NCBI GenBank assembly: GCA_964454005.1
Contig: CAYVQE010000010.1
Span: 4,277 to 68,276 of the forward strand
Length of the DNA stretch: 64,000 nt
Direction of reading: 5' to 3'
Origin: an uncultured Myxococcales bacterium
Lineage (GTDB): Bacteria > Myxococcota > B64-G9
Made by a program: the position numbers and the translations under genes. The notes beneath the pieces were generated by a model. That model was not told where the DNA came from, searched no databases, and saw only the letters and a list, made by a program, of their open reading frames with translations. This document shows, in pieces, positions 61,083 to 64,000 of this stretch. Position 1 is the stretch's first letter. Every line of letters starts with the position of its first letter.

Positions 61083-62669
61083 TCAGGGGTGGTTGAAGGG
61101 CTGGCAGACGCAGAGGCGCCGGCCGCCGCCGGTGGTCAGCTCGCAGTCCTGGCCGACGCCGGCGGCCCGGTAGTAACAGCCGTGCGATGATCCTCCGGGC
61201 ACGTACAGGTATGGGGCATGGGCACCGTAGGATGGATTGTTGGCGGTCGACCGGGGCTCGCCGGTCAACTGGGTGCAGATGGCGCTGGTGGCCAGGTCGT
61301 TCCAGTCGCCCGGATCACAGTCCAGCCCGCGGTCGGCGCAGGCGCCGGTGCACGACTGCTCGAGCTCGGCGACGAACCAGCATGCCTGGCCGTCGCGCCC
61401 ATCGCCGGCCCACAGTCCGCCGGCCGCCACACAGCTCTGCTCGGCCCAGGCGGGCAGGCGACCCGGTGCCCAGTCGAGTTCCTTGTAAAAGAACGGCGCC
61501 TCGAACAACAGCCGCGGCCGACGTCCGTCCGGGCCGCAGGTCCACACCCGGTTGCCGGTCTGGGCCGCGGTGGTGAACACCAATCCCCCGTCGGCCCAAT
61601 CGACTTCCGCCACTCTGTCCTCTTGCTCCGGCAGGTCGACCGCGATGGCTTCGGGCTGGGCATCCGGTGGACCGAGACCGAGCGTGTGGATGGCGGTGGA
61701 GTATTGATCGGTCCAGGCCAGCTGGTCGCCTTCCGGCGACCAGCGCAGGCTGTAGATGTGGGCTTCGCCGCTGGGCAGTGAGTCGACCTGATCCGAATCG
61801 AGCTGCCGTAGCCGCAGCCCGCCGTCGTCACCGCCGCAGTTGTAGGCGGCGTAGACCACCATCTCCGGGTCCTCCGGATGGGTATCCAGGCAGCGCGGGC
61901 TGAGGTGGTCTCCGTCGGCATCCTCGAACACCGGCTGGCTGGCCCCGGTCTCGACCGCCACCTGCTGGACGTAATCGTCGCAGACCCGGTGTACCACCGT
62001 GAGGATCCGAGCGCCATCGGCCGCCCAGGCCATCTGGCCGATGTAGAGCACATCGTCGTCGCGGATCTCGCGCTGGGCCCCGGCTGCGAGGTCGTATTCC
62101 AGCAAGCGCGAATCGGGCAAGTCGGTATCGGTGCTGGCGTGCACGCCGTAGTAGTAGGCCAACCGTTGTCCTTCCGGGTCGAAGCGCGGCCGCTGCGCCC
62201 CGAGGTGCTGCTGTTGGCCCGGCGCTTCGAAGGACACCCGCCGCAGCTCGGTGCCGTCGTCGTTGGCCAGCCAGACCTCGAAGCTGCCGCTGCGGTCGGA
62301 GACCATGGCGATCTTGCCGCCGAAGCCGGCAGCGACGCAGGCGCCTTGCCGGCAGGTCTGGAACCGGTCGGCGCAGTCGCGTTGATCGATCCAGGCGTCG
62401 CAGCCGTCTTCCGCCGGGGCACAGACCTGGATCCAGTCGTCGCGGCAGCGGGTGGCGCCCAGCGGGGCGCATTCGTCTTGACAGATCAGGTCGCTGCTCG
62501 GCCGACAGCGACCGGTGGTCGCGTCACAACGCTGGCCGAAGGGCAAGCAGTCGAGGTCGCTGCTACAGCGCGTGCCGTCCACATCGACCAGACAGCCGGT
62601 GGCGCCGGCCAGTAGCAGGCCGATGGCGATGGCCAGCGACGGGGTATTCGGCTCGCGATGCACAGTCAC
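61083..62669 (-). CDS. lipoprotein with a Cys-rich N-terminal module and a TolB/PD40-like beta-propeller
   Basis: LAIAIGLLLAGATGC lipobox. KIAMVSDRSGSFEVWLANDDGTELRRV and related PD40-type repeats. Cys-rich C-terminal module. Confidence 0.8.
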   Translation of the reverse strand: MTVHREPNTPSLAIAIGLLLAGATGCLVDVDGTRCSSDLDCLPFGQRCDATTGRCRPSSDLICQDECAPLGATRCRDDWIQVCAPAEDGCDAWIDQRDCADRFQTCRQGACVAAGFGGKIAMVSDRSGSFEVWLANDDGTELRRVSFEAPGQQQHLGAQRPRFDPEGQRLAYYYGVHASTDTDLPDSRLLEYDLAAGAQREIRDDDVLYIGQMAWAADGARILTVVHRVCDDYVQQVAVETGASQPVFEDADGDHLSPRCLDTHPEDPEMVVYAAYNCGGDDGGLRLRQLDSDQVDSLPSGEAHIYSLRWSPEGDQLAWTDQYSTAIHTLGLGPPDAQPEAIAVDLPEQEDRVAEVDWADGGLVFTTAAQTGNRVWTCGPDGRRPRLLFEAPFFYKELDWAPGRLPAWAEQSCVAAGGLWAGDGRDGQACWFVAELEQSCTGACADRGLDCDPGDWNDLATSAICTQLTGEPRSTANNPSYGAHAPYLYVPGGSSHGCYYRAAGVGQDCELTTGGGRRLCVCQPFNHP

Positions 62670-62672
62670 GGG

Positions 62673-64000
62673 TCAAAACCTCACGCCCAGCCTGGCAGCC
62701 GCTCCTCCGGCTCCCACCGCAGCCGATGCCTCCATCCCGGCTGGTTCCCCGTCGAAGTGATCGATCAAGAACAACACCAGCGAGCCGGCGGCCAGGGCGC
62801 CGGCCAGCCCGGCGGTGATATTGGACGACAGGGACAGATCGCGGGCGCGGTCGGCCTTGGTCCGCCAGGCCGGCGTACCCCAGAGTTCGTCGCGGGCCGC
62901 CTGCGACTCCTGCTCGGCCAGGGTGCCCAGCGCCACCGCCGAGCCGCCGGCCAACAGGGCCAGTCCCAGACCGCTCCACTTCAGCACGGCCAGCGGACGG
63001 ACGGGGCTGGCGCGTCGTTCGATGGCGATGGTCCGGCCGAACTCGGCGGCCCGCAGCTCGGCCAACCCGACCGCTAGCCGGGCCCCGCGCAGAAAGGCGC
63101 TGCGGAAGTCGGCCAGCGCCCGCCGGCCGAACGGCTCGGCGAACAGGCGGCGCAGGGCGCGGTCGCGCGCGCTCTTGGCCCGCGGCTGTTGCAACCGGCT
63201 GTCCCGGACCTCGGACAGCCGGCAGCGCCCGCTCCGCTCGACCGTCCACTCCCGCTCAGCGTCCCGCGAGCGCACGAACAGGGGCCGGCTGGCCGGCAGA
63301 TGCAAGCGCGCCGCAAAGCCTGCGGCCGGATGGACGTCGAGCACCCGGCGGCCGGCGGGATCCTCGACGAACACGTGGCCCACGGGCCGATCGAGCAGCA
63401 GGACGTTGTCGTGCGGCGCCCAGCGGAACAAGACGCGCGACAGTTCACCGGGGAAAGGGCCTGGAGGCCGAACGAAAAAGCTCGGTCGCAGTCGAGGCGA
63501 GGTGATGCTCCGGTTGGCCGCCTCCAGAAAGGCCCCCAGCTCGGCGTAGGTCACCGTGCCGTCGGCGTCCACGTCGGCACCACCGCGCAGCCCGGACAGG
63601 ACCTGGTGGCTGAACACACCCGACCGAATGCGCTCCCACTCATGGCTCTCGCGGTCCGCCGAGGTGGAGACGACGAAGCCGATGTCGCCGCTTCGGCCTC
63701 CCCGGGTGAGGCCGACGAAGGGCTCGGGGTAAGGCGCCCGCTGCCCGCCCGAACCCTTGTCGAACACCATGAAGTAGGAGCGGCAGGCGTCGATCATGAC
63801 GTGGATGCGGCTGGCCGGCAGCCCGGCCAACAGCTCGGACAGCGCCCCGCGCGACAGGGTTCCGTCCTGCAGAGCGAGCTGCCCCTCTCCGTGCTCGATG
63901 GCGCCGTGGCCGCTGTAGAAGACATACAGCGCAGTCAGCCGCCCTCGCTCGGCCGCGCGCTCGAGCGCGACCCGAATCTGCGCGGCAGCCAGGCGCAGGT
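62673..64000 (-). CDS. caspase-like (peptidase C14) protein with an EF-hand-type loop and a hydrophobic C-terminal region; 5' end outside the window (partial)
   Basis: The reading frame stays open to position 64000 (my translation ...LYVFYSGHGAIEHGEGQLAL...). His-Gly and IDACRS catalytic dyad contexts. DVDADGTVTYAE 12-residue EF loop. Ends ...ARLGVRF. Confidence 0.8.
   Translation of the reverse strand, partial: LRLAAAQIRVALERAAERGRLTALYVFYSGHGAIEHGEGQLALQDGTLSRGALSELLAGLPASRIHVMIDACRSYFMVFDKGSGGQRAPYPEPFVGLTRGGRSGDIGFVVSTSADRESHEWERIRSGVFSHQVLSGLRGGADVDADGTVTYAELGAFLEAANRSITSPRLRPSFFVRPPGPFPGELSRVLFRWAPHDNVLLLDRPVGHVFVEDPAGRRVLDVHPAAGFAARLHLPASRPLFVRSRDAEREWTVERSGRCRLSEVRDSRLQQPRAKSARDRALRRLFAEPFGRRALADFRSAFLRGARLAVGLAELRAAEFGRTIAIERRASPVRPLAVLKWSGLGLALLAGGSAVALGTLAEQESQAARDELWGTPAWRTKADRARDLSLSSNITAGLAGALAAGSLVLFLIDHFDGEPAGMEASAAVGAGGAAARLGVRF

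Overview
High-GC window (about 70% G+C in the lines I counted), almost fully coding. It is very likely from a Myxococcota genome. Evidence: two proteins end in MYXO-CTERM-type sorting tails, many proteins carry lipobox signal peptides, there is a Ser/Thr-kinase fusion, and there is a sigma-54-type promoter. No rRNA, tRNA, CRISPR array, transposase or integrase was found. Many long ORFs in the track are antisense shadow ORFs typical of high-GC DNA. I called genes from recognisable motifs, ribosome-binding sites and GC3 bias.

Main content, left to right:
- A partial kinase-adenylate cyclase fusion.
- A trypsin-like protease fused to FG-GAP repeats, followed by a lipoprotein.
- A Cys-rich lipoprotein.
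- A phosphate porin plus a purple-acid-phosphatase pair.
- An orphan AAA+ (DUF4143-type) ATPase.
- A beta-helix MYXO-CTERM protein.
- A complete, translationally coupled histidine operon (hisG, hisC-HAD, hisB, hisH, hisF, hisA-hisIE, hisD). It has two unusual gene fusions and a candidate His-codon leader/attenuator.
- A TetR/SDR unit.
- RNase HI with a zinc ribbon, an EEP nuclease and an ankyrin protein.
- An 8-gene minus-strand cluster centred on a glycyl-radical enzyme and its activase. This is my top candidate for an undescribed pathway.
- A vapBC module with a decayed partial duplicate.
- A large multidomain MYXO-CTERM protein with a papain-like motif.
- An orphan DNA-repair-type radical SAM gene.
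- A low-GC PIN toxin/antitoxin cassette.
- A ceramidase-like membrane protein.
- A CarboxypepD_reg-repeat protein behind a sigma-54 promoter.
- A 3.4-kb lower-GC insertion bracketed by 361-bp direct repeats that duplicate two convergent gene ends.
- A response regulator plus a PAS protein.
- A TolB-like lipoprotein and a partial caspase-like (C14) protein with an EF-hand loop.
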